Positions 7,968 to 17,741 are shown, numbered from the stretch's first letter. The stretch: 57,927 bases of DNA from Deltaproteobacteria bacterium (GCA_032128375.1 JAQBGU010000103.1:1-57927); one strand, 5' to 3'. The notes: generated from the sequence alone by a model not told the origin. Numbers and translations are program-made.

Positions 7968-10406
7968 CTATCTGGCATTGTGAATCGCAGCGTCGCCCCC
8001 GACTTCGGTGAGATCTCTCGCCACCCAACTCGTCACGAGTGCGACGGTCAGGCACGGCAGCGTGAAGCCCAGGAGATGACTGTTTCCCGCGGACAACCAG
8101 GTCATCGGCTGTCCCATTACGGGCAATAGACCCAGCGTATTGGACCATGCGATCGCCCAATGGATGGCATGCATCCAGGCCAGTCCGTAGAGCGCGAAGC
8201 TCGCCGTACGGCCCGCGCTCTGTTCTCCAAAATCGCCGCGCCGGGTGACTCGTTCGATGCGGCGAGACACCGAAAACAAGACGAGCAGGTAGACCAGTTG
8301 TAAACCGATCAGTCCCAGTCCGACGAATCCACCGAATCGGTTCAGCAAGAAGGCGGTGATGAAATCGTCCTGGACGGCGGGCACCTTCATGATTTCTTCG
8401 TTCGGTCCGAACCAGCCGCGCGCCCCTCGCCAACCGCCCTCGCCGACTCGATCCATCGCGGCGAGCACCTGGGATCCGCTGTGCGGATGCAGCCCGGGTT
8501 GTGACCACACCAGGATCCGGTCGCGCTGCGGCATGCCCGCCGGCAATTTTTCTGGGTTGTCTCGCGCCCAGCTCGCGGCCGCGACGACCCCTGCCAGCAC
8601 GAGCCCGACTGCAGGGCGCAGCCAACTCCACATCGACGCGCGGCCGCCCGGTTCACGCGGGCCGATCCGATACAACCACATCAGTGTCACGAGTCCGAGA
8701 ATGATTGCCGGCGAGAAGTCGCGAACGCCAACGATCACGCTCAGCACGACCAATGCGAATCCAACCGCCGTGCGCAAGAATGGCAGCAGGACGGTGAACG
8801 GAGATCGCCGAAACTCTCTCGTGTTGCGATGCCGGAGCTCGCCGAGGTGCATACCGGCAAACGCGAGAAACACGACGTATACGAACTTCGTGAGTTCGAC
8901 AGGCTGTAGTCCGGCGATCCCGGTTTCGTTTCCAATCGCGAGTTGAAACGCCATTGCGATCACGAGAAATGCGCCTGCGCTCCCGACGATCCACTCGGTG
9001 TTGAACAGGCGCAGCCAACTGCGCTCGAGTGCACTCTTCGGCACGGCAGCCAGCGACCCAACCGCCCAGCCGAACAGCGCCAACAGCAGCGCGTGCTTGT
9101 CGAAAAAGCGCATCCACTGGCTGTTCTCGGCACCGGCGCCCAGCGCGAACAACACCAAAGTGCCGACCAGCGCGAGTCCGGCGGCCGTCGTCCACAACAG
9201 GCCAGGGAGCCCAAGCAGCCGCCCCCGACCCGCGAATGCCAGCGATGCATAGGTGAGAGACACCAACGTGAGGCCGTAGCGGACCGATGCGTCGGGAGCC
9301 TCGCCCCTGAGCGTGAGCAGCGTCACCCAGCCGCCGATCGCGGAGAACGCAAATGCCAGGGTCGCGGAGGGGCTGCTCCTCTCGCGCCTTTTCGCAAACC
9401 CGATCAGAACCGCAATGGATACCAGAAACGTTGCTGCGACCCCTGCGAGCAGCCATTCGAGCTGCGATGCGAACCAGTCCGCCGCTCCGAGTCCCGACCC
9501 TGACCACGATTTTTCCAGCATCGGCCGGTCGGCGATCTCCCCGCGCCACAAATCGCTGTTCGCGACCGGCACGAGTGAGAGCGTGTCTGCGTGAGTCGAC
9601 ACGCTGTAGACGGTGCGCCCGAGAATCAGTCGGACGATCGGATCATCTCCGTTTACCTCGACCTCCCGCGACTGGAACGACCGAGTCTCACCGTCGCGTA
9701 CGAAACTCACTTCCCTACTCCGACCCGGAGCAAAGTAGTACGCAGCGTTGTGCCAGCGAACCTCGATGGACTCGGCTTCGAGTGCATCAAGACTCCAGCG
9801 ACTCGTGCAATTGACCCCGCCCCCAATCGAGAACAGCCTGATCTCGGCGTCCGCATCGCTCGCCCAGTCGCGCCACTTCCAGCGCAGCGCTCGCGCGAAC
9901 CGTTTGCTGCGCGAATGGCAGACCGGGTGAACGGCTTCGCCGCCCGGGTCGAGGACTCCGTCCGCGAACGAGACGCGTCGCCCGCTATCCATGTCGCGCA
10001 GCACCAAGCGGTCTGTCGCTTCGACGACCTCGAGCGCGGCGGTCGGCAGTACGATCTGGTCGCCCGTGTGGGGAATCCAGCGCTGCAGGTAGAAGCCGCG
10101 GCCCGATCGAGTGCGCGCGAATACGCGGCGATCGACCGAAGCGTTCGCGATCATCCAGCGACCGTCGCGCTGATCGACCTGAAGGTGTCTATGCGCTGCG
10201 GAGCGCGCGCCAGTGTGTTGACCGAGTTCGCTTCGGCCCAGCACGATGGGCAGGGAGTCGGCTGAGACGATCGTTTCGTCCGCGATCAACACGGGATCTG
10301 CATTGCGCCGCAGTTCGAACCCGAGCCAGCCTGCACCCAGTAGCGCGACGCTTGTTAGCAGCACAGGGATCGGGTCGACGAACCAGCGATACAAACGGTT
10401 CGCCAT
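7968..10406 (-). CDS. Atypical SEDS (FtsW/RodA/SpoVE) glycosyltransferase with an N-terminal FHA-like extension (812 aa)
   Basis: C-terminal SEDS motifs GLQPVELTK, VPAVQDDFI and GLLPVMGQPMTWLSAGNSHL. N-terminus has a TM helix then IVLGRS...SAAHRHL...WMIANAS...GDQIVL (FHA-like). Confidence 0.85.
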   Translation of the reverse strand: MANRLYRWFVDPIPVLLTSVALLGAGWLGFELRRNADPVLIADETIVSADSLPIVLGRSELGQHTGARSAAHRHLQVDQRDGRWMIANASVDRRVFARTRSGRGFYLQRWIPHTGDQIVLPTAALEVVEATDRLVLRDMDSGRRVSFADGVLDPGGEAVHPVCHSRSKRFARALRWKWRDWASDADAEIRLFSIGGGVNCTSRWSLDALEAESIEVRWHNAAYYFAPGRSREVSFVRDGETRSFQSREVEVNGDDPIVRLILGRTVYSVSTHADTLSLVPVANSDLWRGEIADRPMLEKSWSGSGLGAADWFASQLEWLLAGVAATFLVSIAVLIGFAKRRERSSPSATLAFAFSAIGGWVTLLTLRGEAPDASVRYGLTLVSLTYASLAFAGRGRLLGLPGLLWTTAAGLALVGTLVLFALGAGAENSQWMRFFDKHALLLALFGWAVGSLAAVPKSALERSWLRLFNTEWIVGSAGAFLVIAMAFQLAIGNETGIAGLQPVELTKFVYVVFLAFAGMHLGELRHRNTREFRRSPFTVLLPFLRTAVGFALVVLSVIVGVRDFSPAIILGLVTLMWLYRIGPREPGGRASMWSWLRPAVGLVLAGVVAAASWARDNPEKLPAGMPQRDRILVWSQPGLHPHSGSQVLAAMDRVGEGGWRGARGWFGPNEEIMKVPAVQDDFITAFLLNRFGGFVGLGLIGLQLVYLLVLFSVSRRIERVTRRGDFGEQSAGRTASFALYGLAWMHAIHWAIAWSNTLGLLPVMGQPMTWLSAGNSHLLGFTLPCLTVALVTSWVARDLTEVGGDAAIHNAR

Positions 10407-12910
10407 CAGCCCGCGTCGCCGGTCGGTGTTTCAAGCCGTTGCAACATGCGGCTCACGACTGGCGCACAGGCGGTGCCGCCGAACCGGTAACTGCCGGTTG
10501 CGTGTGTCGTCATGCACGCGAATGCGAGGCGTCGCTGATCGGCTTGTGCCGGTTCCCGCCAGCCGATGAACCAACCCGAGTTGTAAGCGCGGGCTGCATC
10601 GATCTCGGCCGTGCCGGTCTTGCCGTACACGCGACAGGCCAGCGGCCGTGGAAACGCGGCCGGCGCGGTGCCAACTTCGGGCACTGCCTTCATGCCGGTC
10701 CGGAGCAACTCGAGCAACTCGGTGTCGACGGGCAACGCAAGGGTATCGGGTGGGGGAAGTGACACACCATTCCAACTCGCGAATAGGTGGGGACGAACGC
10801 GCTGGCCGGTCGCGATTGCGGCGGCGGCCAGCGCCATCTGCAGTGGCGACGCCGAAATCGTCTGCCCGATGCCGTTCAACGCTGTGGTGTACATCACCAG
10901 TTCCCGCGCTCCCCAATCGTGCTGGTTGTAGGCCATCGTTGCCAATGTGCTGCGCGCGAGTTGCGCGAAGAGCACATCGTGGGCTTCACCCGAGTAGCGT
11001 TTGAGGCCCATTGAAACGGGCAGATTTGTCGCGAGATCTAAACGTTCCCGATCGTCGATGCCGATCCAGCGCGACGCCCGGGTCAGCATCATCTCCGGTG
11101 CCGGGATGCGCGGCCCGCTTTGCGCGGCGACGCGTTCCGCGTATTCGTCGATCCGCGCCTGCTCCATCATCAGTGCAACGCCGGCGTACCACGCGTTCAA
11201 CGAAAATTGGGTCGCTAGTCTCAAGCCGAAACCCGGCTCTGGCTGTCGTGCGCGCGCGGCCGCATCCGGGTCGTCCGCTATGCAGCGCGCGTCTCGCTTG
11301 GGTCTGTTCACATACCGCCCCAGCGTGGAGCCGCCGAAATTGGGAACCGGCTTTGCGCCGCGGTACGCGATGAATGAATTCGAGTCGTACGACACACCGA
11401 TCGCCGCCCGCATCGCGCTCGAGTTGAGACCGCGCAACACCGGGTCGATTCGCTGGCGTATTTCCGGTTCAGCCTCCATCAGCAACGCCAGCGCCGTAAC
11501 CGGCTTGAAGGTCGAGCCGGGCGTGTTGTGCTTGTCGACGACCTCCCAGGCAAAAATCGACGACGGATCGCGGAGCGGATAGGCGGCCGAGAAGGCGGGT
11601 AGATCCCAGTCTGCCAGGCCCGATGGGATTGCGGGCTGTCCTGCTACCGCCAGTACGGCTCCGGAATCGGCATCCATGACCAACAACGCGGCTTTGCGCT
11701 CGGATGCCCAGCGATCCTCGCGAAACCGCTCGACGCCCCAGGACAGCGCTTCGTGAGCGGCCCGCTGAATTTCCGCGTCGATCGTCAAGCGGACATCGAG
11801 TGGGTTCTGCGGAAGCACAGTCGACGCCAGCATGCCGGTCAGGCTGAAGCTGTCGCCCGCGCCCGTACCGATCAACGGCAACATTCCGAGCTGCTCGGTG
11901 AGAAGGGTGGGTCTGCCTCGGCCGACGGGGTCGGTCAAGGGTTCACCGTCGAACGCTCTGATGACGTAGCGACCCACCGGTCGCGATCGGCCGACCGGCC
12001 GGAACCGATATCGCGCCACCGCATCGTCGATCTCCAAGCGAATCGCGAGACCGTGAATCCGAGCGGCACAGTGCATCGACGCCCGTGCTGTGATTTCGAT
12101 GGGTGTCGTGCCACCCGTGCTCGTACCAATTGGAACTCGGATCTGGTGTGCGACCGGTTGCTCGAGACATCCTTCGAGCGGTTCGCCGAGCAACTTCTTC
12201 GACGTGGCGCCTTCGGGCAGCCGCACCGGCGTGCCGATCAACTGAAGGGTCAATGTGTTCGACTCACCCGGTATCGCTTCGCTGTGAAATGTGACTTCTC
12301 CGTGGTCACCGGGGATGGACAACCAATCGGAATAGCCAGCCCGAAGTTCGCCGTCGAGCACGAAGCCGAACGTCTGTGGAACGAGTTGGCCCGATGGCAG
12401 AGGTCTTCCCGACGGCCCGTACGCGCTCCACGGTTGTATTCCACCTTTCCCGTCGCGAGCGCGATCGTCGCGGATTGCCGTCAGGCTCCGGGTCTGGTTC
12501 CACAACTCGACCTGCTGTTCGACGATCGCGCCGACCGCGGAACGATCCAGTAGACCGAGCAATCGCCTTTTCGATTCGGCCTCCTGGATCGTCTGATCGT
12601 CAAGTGGATTCTCGGCATCGTTGGCCGCGCCCGATTGCCGAGCCAGCACAGCCTCTCGCAGCGGCCAATCGCGTGGTACACGCTCGAGTCCACCGTCGGG
12701 GCGCGGAATCAACAACTTCGCCTCGAGCAGTTCGTAGAAGAGTGCTTCGTCTTCGGACGGGCCCTCTATTCGTTCTGCAGCGAACCCAGCATCGGCGTAC
12801 AGGCTGCGCAGACGCGACGCGGCGCCCGCGACGACCGCCGCGCAAGCGACCGCCAGAAGCCATAGCGTTAGCCCGCGAACAATCACGTCAGTTGCGCTGG
12901 GCCTGATCAC
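10406..12910 (-). CDS. Large class-B-like penicillin-binding transpeptidase (834 aa)
   Basis: N-terminal TM; LTIDAEIQ, GAVLAVA, PGSTFK (SxxK), FSLN (SxN), GIGQ..ASPLQMA and GKTGTAE (KTG); TGATG coupling to the SEDS gene. Confidence 0.88.
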   Translation of the reverse strand: MIRPSATDVIVRGLTLWLLAVACAAVVAGAASRLRSLYADAGFAAERIEGPSEDEALFYELLEAKLLIPRPDGGLERVPRDWPLREAVLARQSGAANDAENPLDDQTIQEAESKRRLLGLLDRSAVGAIVEQQVELWNQTRSLTAIRDDRARDGKGGIQPWSAYGPSGRPLPSGQLVPQTFGFVLDGELRAGYSDWLSIPGDHGEVTFHSEAIPGESNTLTLQLIGTPVRLPEGATSKKLLGEPLEGCLEQPVAHQIRVPIGTSTGGTTPIEITARASMHCAARIHGLAIRLEIDDAVARYRFRPVGRSRPVGRYVIRAFDGEPLTDPVGRGRPTLLTEQLGMLPLIGTGAGDSFSLTGMLASTVLPQNPLDVRLTIDAEIQRAAHEALSWGVERFREDRWASERKAALLVMDADSGAVLAVAGQPAIPSGLADWDLPAFSAAYPLRDPSSIFAWEVVDKHNTPGSTFKPVTALALLMEAEPEIRQRIDPVLRGLNSSAMRAAIGVSYDSNSFIAYRGAKPVPNFGGSTLGRYVNRPKRDARCIADDPDAAARARQPEPGFGLRLATQFSLNAWYAGVALMMEQARIDEYAERVAAQSGPRIPAPEMMLTRASRWIGIDDRERLDLATNLPVSMGLKRYSGEAHDVLFAQLARSTLATMAYNQHDWGARELVMYTTALNGIGQTISASPLQMALAAAAIATGQRVRPHLFASWNGVSLPPPDTLALPVDTELLELLRTGMKAVPEVGTAPAAFPRPLACRVYGKTGTAEIDAARAYNSGWFIGWREPAQADQRRLAFACMTTHATGSYRFGGTACAPVVSRMLQRLETPTGDAG

Positions 12911-12950
12911 TGGCGCTAGGGCTCAGCCGAAACACAGGATCACGCGGACT

Positions 12951-14723
12951 TCATCGGTAGTCGCGCCGTTTCCGCTGCTCCCAGCTCGAAGCCGCGGTAT
13001 GCGCCTTGTCCCGGTGAAAGCGAAGCACGTAGCCACCCAGCAGCAGATGCTGGCCGGGCTCGAGTGTGGCGGTGTTGCGACTTCGCGGCAGCAGTTCGGT
13101 CCGCGGCGATCCGTCCCGATCGAGCACAAACGCGGGCGTGCTTCCCGCGGCCATTGCGACCTCGAGACGGCTATCGAGCAATCGCACAGAGACATGTCTG
13201 CGAGAGAGATCGATGGCATCCAGGCGCGCAGCGGCGTTTGGGGAGCCCACATCCCACTTGGCACTGCGCGGGTGGTCGAGCAGATCGATAGGAAGATCCG
13301 GCTCGAACTTTTCGGAGGCCGTCGCGCGTCCGAGTGATAAAGGCGTGCGGCTCAGGGGCAGCGTGATACTTGCGTCCAACATCAACATCGCCAGGTAGCG
13401 CCGTGGATCAGGCGGCGGGAGCAGCTTGAGTTCGCCACCCGCTTTGGCTTCGATCGCAAAGGGCAGCTCCGCGACTGATAAGAAGTCGCTGCCACCCGCT
13501 GGGCGAAACTCGAGCTGTTTGGTTCCAGATCGTGAACGGAGCGCCAGGCAGCTGGCTTCATCGATTTCGCCCATCGATGCCTCTCGTACGGGCCAGCCCC
13601 AATCGTCGAGCCAAACGGTCCAGTGTTCGAGTCCTGGCATACGGGCACCATCGATGCGAAACAGCCCGAGCCCGACCAGGCGCAGCGAGAAACGGGTCGA
13701 GAGGCCGGGTTCCTCGATCTCGCCAGGTTGCGCGGGATCCACAGAAGCGCTCGTAGGCGGGGGCGACGGAACATTCGAAATATCGACTCGCCGGGAGGGC
13801 TCCGGCACATCAGCGGGCCGCCGCGCCACCACACGGAACTCCGATCCCGGAACCGGTTCGATCCGCAGCCACAGACTTTCGCGGCCGAGCTCACCGTTGA
13901 AATCGAGACGCCACTCGACCCAATCGGGCTGGGTCTGCATCCGCGTGTCGACGACGCGAATCTGGCTGGTCGAAGGGTAGATTCTCTCCGAGTCTTCTGC
14001 ATTGAGGTTGACCAAAACATGTCCGATGCGTGCGCTGAACCACAGGCCGGGACGGATCGGACCGTCGTCGCACCCCGAGATCAGAAGCGAGCGCTGGCCT
14101 CGATACACTCCGACGGGTCGCCGTGTCTGCGCCCCATTTGTCCATGACCCCCACGGCGGCATCGGTTGTAGCTGCGCGTCACCCGGTTTGGATATTCCGA
14201 TTCTTGCAGCAAGTACGTCGTCACTGTCTGGCACGAATACACCAAAACCGAACTGAAACACGACCTCGTCTTCGGCGAGTCGAGGGTCCGCCATCACGGA
14301 GTACCGGGGCTTTCTTTGCCTGGGCAAGGAGCGGGCGAACTTGTCGGTGTGCAGGACTGACAGTGTGTGTTGCAGCGCCTCGAGATGACCCCCGCCCCGG
14401 ATCGCGTCCGCACGCCAACGGGCTTCGGGAATCCACATCACCACGTCGGTAAAGACCGGGTTTGCCTCGCGGAAGCGACCCGCCGAATCGCGCTCGAACA
14501 CACTATTGCGGCAGCCGTCGAGTGCAGCTTGGAGCCGAAAGTCGCGGTCGCCTGTCAGTCGCTCTGCAATTTCAGCGCGTCCACCGTAGCGACGGTCCCA
14601 CAAGGGGTCCGGGTCGAAAGGGTTTTGGACTCCGAGCAATCCCAGCGTGAAAACACCGAGCAGACTCCCGGTGCCCTGTACCTTGTCCAGCGCTTCCGAT
14701 GATCGACCAAACCAGTCCGCCAT
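12951..14723 (-). CDS. FHA-domain protein, FhaA-like architecture (590 aa)
   Basis: C-terminal LSLGRA...DLSRRHVSV...LEPGQHLLLGGYVLRF; Pro-rich linker; ATG after GGAG; no TM segment seen. Confidence 0.78.
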   Translation of the reverse strand: MADWFGRSSEALDKVQGTGSLLGVFTLGLLGVQNPFDPDPLWDRRYGGRAEIAERLTGDRDFRLQAALDGCRNSVFERDSAGRFREANPVFTDVVMWIPEARWRADAIRGGGHLEALQHTLSVLHTDKFARSLPRQRKPRYSVMADPRLAEDEVVFQFGFGVFVPDSDDVLAARIGISKPGDAQLQPMPPWGSWTNGAQTRRPVGVYRGQRSLLISGCDDGPIRPGLWFSARIGHVLVNLNAEDSERIYPSTSQIRVVDTRMQTQPDWVEWRLDFNGELGRESLWLRIEPVPGSEFRVVARRPADVPEPSRRVDISNVPSPPPTSASVDPAQPGEIEEPGLSTRFSLRLVGLGLFRIDGARMPGLEHWTVWLDDWGWPVREASMGEIDEASCLALRSRSGTKQLEFRPAGGSDFLSVAELPFAIEAKAGGELKLLPPPDPRRYLAMLMLDASITLPLSRTPLSLGRATASEKFEPDLPIDLLDHPRSAKWDVGSPNAAARLDAIDLSRRHVSVRLLDSRLEVAMAAGSTPAFVLDRDGSPRTELLPRSRNTATLEPGQHLLLGGYVLRFHRDKAHTAASSWEQRKRRDYR

Positions 14724-15030
14724 GATCTCCCATTGTGCATCGCCTTTTCGTTGCGCGCTTGTTGGTGAACCCGTCAACAGGATTGGACGGCCGCGAAAAT
14801 TCGAATGCGCGCCGACCCACGCCAGAGCAGTGACTGCAGCAGATTATCTCAATGGGCCCGCTGGGCGGCCGCATTTCTCCTTCGAGATATCGGAGAAACC
14901 CGCGGCAGAGCCAGACGGCTGGCGGGCGACAGTACGGCGATGAGATGCGCGCAAGCACGCTGCAGATCAAGCGCGATCCGCGCGAATGGTTCTCGGATAG
15001 ATCAAGTGCTCACCGTAACCACTGGCGCGC

Positions 15031-15090
15031 AAAAGCCGAGTAGAGCCGAGTAGAGCCGAGTAAGGCCGAGTAAAGCCGAGTAAAGCCGAG
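15031..15090. repeat. 10-bp tandem repeat x6 (TA(A/G)(A/G)GCCGAG), intergenic, upstream of the FHA-PBP-SEDS operon
   Basis: aaaagccgag tagagccgag tagagccgag taaggccgag taaagccgag taaagccgag. Confidence 0.95.
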
Positions 15091-15147
15091 TTCTGGGCTG
15101 CGCGAATCGGCCCGAGTGAACGTCTGGCTGAAAACGAATGGTCCGGG

Positions 15148-16836
15148 CTAACTCGAGGCGCCGCGTAGGATCGCGTCCGCGTACGCACCCGTCGGCCAGG
15201 GCGATTGAGCGCGCATCGGTGAGATGGCTGTCTTCCCTTCTCGGAGTACGCCGCTGGCAGCGTCGACGACCTTCCAGGCCATTTCGGAGCCGAACAGGGG
15301 CTGCGATTCGATCATGACGACGCGCAGTTCGCCGGGCTCGAAACCGCACTGGCGTTGGATCGCGTCGAGCAGCTGTGTGTTGTTCAAGTGCCCATCGCCG
15401 AAGTTCCAGCCCAACGCCAAACCGGCGACGATCTCACCATCCATCCAGTCGTAATTATCGATGTCGTCGACTGCGTGGGGGAGGGCGTCGAAGAGCACCC
15501 GCCCCTCCAGATGGAGAAAGCGGTTGGACGGCATCATCATCATCGCTGTGTCCACCGATTCTTCCTCATCGAGCATTCCCTCGAGCTGCTCGCGCATCGT
15601 ACTGGCGGCCTTCTTGAGCTTTGCGAGCTTCTGCACGCTGTCGCCTCGAAACAGCCAGATGTTGTACGCCCAATTACCCGCGTAGTAGCGCATCGCGAGC
15701 AGGAACGAGACGCGCGCTGGATAGAAGTTGCCGTAGGCCGGAATCAGTACCAGGAACACCAGCAGAAAAGCGCATAAGGCGGGCATGGAGCCGAGCGCCA
15801 ACACACTCACGTGGGGGTTGAAGCCAAACAGAAAGAACCCGCCATAGACCATCAGGATGTTCCACTCGATTGGCATGCCGCTCGGGTTGTTGAGCGAGAT
15901 GAAGCCGTGGAAGCCGAGCATCACAAGCAGCGCAGTCGCTGTCAGCATGCCGCCATCGCCGGCAAGCAGCGCGACCGGGATCAAGTATTCGGTAACGGTC
16001 CCCATGTGCGCCATGTGTCCGGCCAGCTTCGACGGTCGCAGGTCGTCCGGATACGACACGAACAAGCGTTTCTTCAGTGAGGCCGGAAAGAACGGGCCAT
16101 TGTTCATCATCACCATGATCACGGAAGGAAAGTGGTGATTGAGCTTCGAAGTAGCCGCCCAGAACCAGATGAAGCACCACAACACCTTGCAAGCCGAAAT
16201 CCACAGCGCGTCCTGGCTGGCCACGATCACGCAGACCAGCACGACGAAATAGTGCTCGCCTCGCGCTGCGAGGAAAAGGGTTTTGTCCATCACACCGAGC
16301 AGCGGAATCAAGATCAAATTCGGCACGAGCAGCTCGGGTGTGAGCTCTGGCGCGATGAGTGCGCGCAACAGAAACGCCATATTGGCTGCGTACAGCACGA
16401 CGTCGAGCCAACTTCGCGTGATGCCGCCGAGCAGCGGCCAATCTGGAACCAAGGACAGTTTGGTGGTGCCCGGGCGGAGAAAGTGTAGAAAGCCGCCGAG
16501 CGGAGGCGAGAAACGGCCGTTCATGGGCCCGAACCCGCAACCGAAGCCCATCGATTCGTAGAAGATCGCCCAAATCACCGCTTTCTGGAACGCGACAGCG
16601 GTGAACGCCCAACTCCCGAACAAGCCCGGGTAGCCCGCCGAGTACGAGCAGAACCACGCCCAACCGCCAAAGAAGAGCAGCAGATACTTCAGCCAGTACA
16701 TCGCCATGACGACCAGCGGTGTGGCGGTGACCCCAGCTGCCCACGTCCTGCAGATGAGTCGCAGGCGCTCGGGAAAGGGCTTTGCGAGAACTTCCCGAAC
16801 ATCGTACGGGGGGAGATCGGAATCGGAAATCGCCAT
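15148..16836 (-). CDS. DUF3556-family membrane protein
   Basis: Multi-TM; FLAARGEHY, SKLNHHFPSV, MRYYAGNW and GWNFGDGH motifs. Confidence 0.82.
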   Translation of the reverse strand: MAISDSDLPPYDVREVLAKPFPERLRLICRTWAAGVTATPLVVMAMYWLKYLLLFFGGWAWFCSYSAGYPGLFGSWAFTAVAFQKAVIWAIFYESMGFGCGFGPMNGRFSPPLGGFLHFLRPGTTKLSLVPDWPLLGGITRSWLDVVLYAANMAFLLRALIAPELTPELLVPNLILIPLLGVMDKTLFLAARGEHYFVVLVCVIVASQDALWISACKVLWCFIWFWAATSKLNHHFPSVIMVMMNNGPFFPASLKKRLFVSYPDDLRPSKLAGHMAHMGTVTEYLIPVALLAGDGGMLTATALLVMLGFHGFISLNNPSGMPIEWNILMVYGGFFLFGFNPHVSVLALGSMPALCAFLLVFLVLIPAYGNFYPARVSFLLAMRYYAGNWAYNIWLFRGDSVQKLAKLKKAASTMREQLEGMLDEEESVDTAMMMMPSNRFLHLEGRVLFDALPHAVDDIDNYDWMDGEIVAGLALGWNFGDGHLNNTQLLDAIQRQCGFEPGELRVVMIESQPLFGSEMAWKVVDAASGVLREGKTAISPMRAQSPWPTGAYADAILRGASS

Positions 16837-16961
16837 GCGAGTGTTTCGTCCCCGTTCGGTCGGCGGTTCTACGGCCGATGCGATCGGCCGATCTGCGCGC
16901 AGCATATCGAATTACCCGACAGAATTTGCTTCCTTATTGTGCCCGATCGATAGAGGGTTGC

Positions 16962-17741
16962 GTGGATCTCGGAATCGCGGATCGAAAAGCCATCGTATGT
17001 GCGTCGAGTCGCGGGCTCGGACGCGCGTGCGCCAGATCACTGGCTCGTGAGGGCGTGCACGTGACCTTGAACGGGCGCGACGCGGAATCGCTCGAGGCGA
17101 CTGCCGCAGGGATTCGCGCGAGCTACGGCGTGAATGTCGAATTCGTAGCGGGCGACATCACACACGAAGCCACCCGCGATGCGCTACTCGAGGCGTGTCC
17201 CGAGCCCGACATCTTGGTCAACAACAACGGCGGCCCACCGCCCGGCCGCTTCCAGGCCTGGGATCGCGACGCCTGGATCGCTGCGCTGGATTCGAACATG
17301 CTGGCGCCAGTGCTGATGATCCGCGCGGTACTCGACGGCATGGTCGAGCGCCGCTTCGGTCGCATCGTCAATATCACCTCGGCGATGGTAAAATCACCGC
17401 TCGCGCCGATGGGCTTGTCGACGGGTGCGCGCGCAGGTCTTACGTCGGTGAGCAAGGCGCTCTCGCGTGACGTCGCGAAGGCGAATGTGACGCTCAATAA
17501 TCTCCTGCCGGAGCGCTTCGACACAGACCGCCAGAAGGGTATGGCAGAGCTTCGCGCCGAGATGGGAGGCGTCAGCGTCGAACAAGCCTATGACGAGATG
17601 AAGCGATCGATCGCTGCGGGTCGACTCGGGCTCCCCGAAGAATTCGGCGATGCGTGCGCGTTTCTCTGCAGCGCACAGGCGGGCTTCATCTCGGGCCAGA
17701 ACCTTCAACTCGACGGTGGCAGTTATGCCGGTTTGATCTGA
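16962..17741 (+). CDS. SDR oxidoreductase (atypical FabG-like)
   Basis: MDLGIADRKAIVCASSRGLG, NNGGPPPG, GRLGLPEEFG and GQNLQLDGG. Confidence 0.9.
   Translation: MDLGIADRKAIVCASSRGLGRACARSLAREGVHVTLNGRDAESLEATAAGIRASYGVNVEFVAGDITHEATRDALLEACPEPDILVNNNGGPPPGRFQAWDRDAWIAALDSNMLAPVLMIRAVLDGMVERRFGRIVNITSAMVKSPLAPMGLSTGARAGLTSVSKALSRDVAKANVTLNNLLPERFDTDRQKGMAELRAEMGGVSVEQAYDEMKRSIAAGRLGLPEEFGDACAFLCSAQAGFISGQNLQLDGGSYAGLI

Noticed and set aside
14724..15030. Sigma54 or sigma70 promoter for the FHA operon
   Set aside because: The TTGACG at ~14777 lacks a properly spaced -10, and the GG-N10-GC spacing does not fit.
6565..15090. The two tandem arrays as CRISPR repeats or as the ends of a mobile element (they share CTCGGC/GCCGAG in inverted orientation)
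   Set aside because: There are no spacers, cas genes, integrase or transposase, and a 6-bp GC-rich match is expected by chance.
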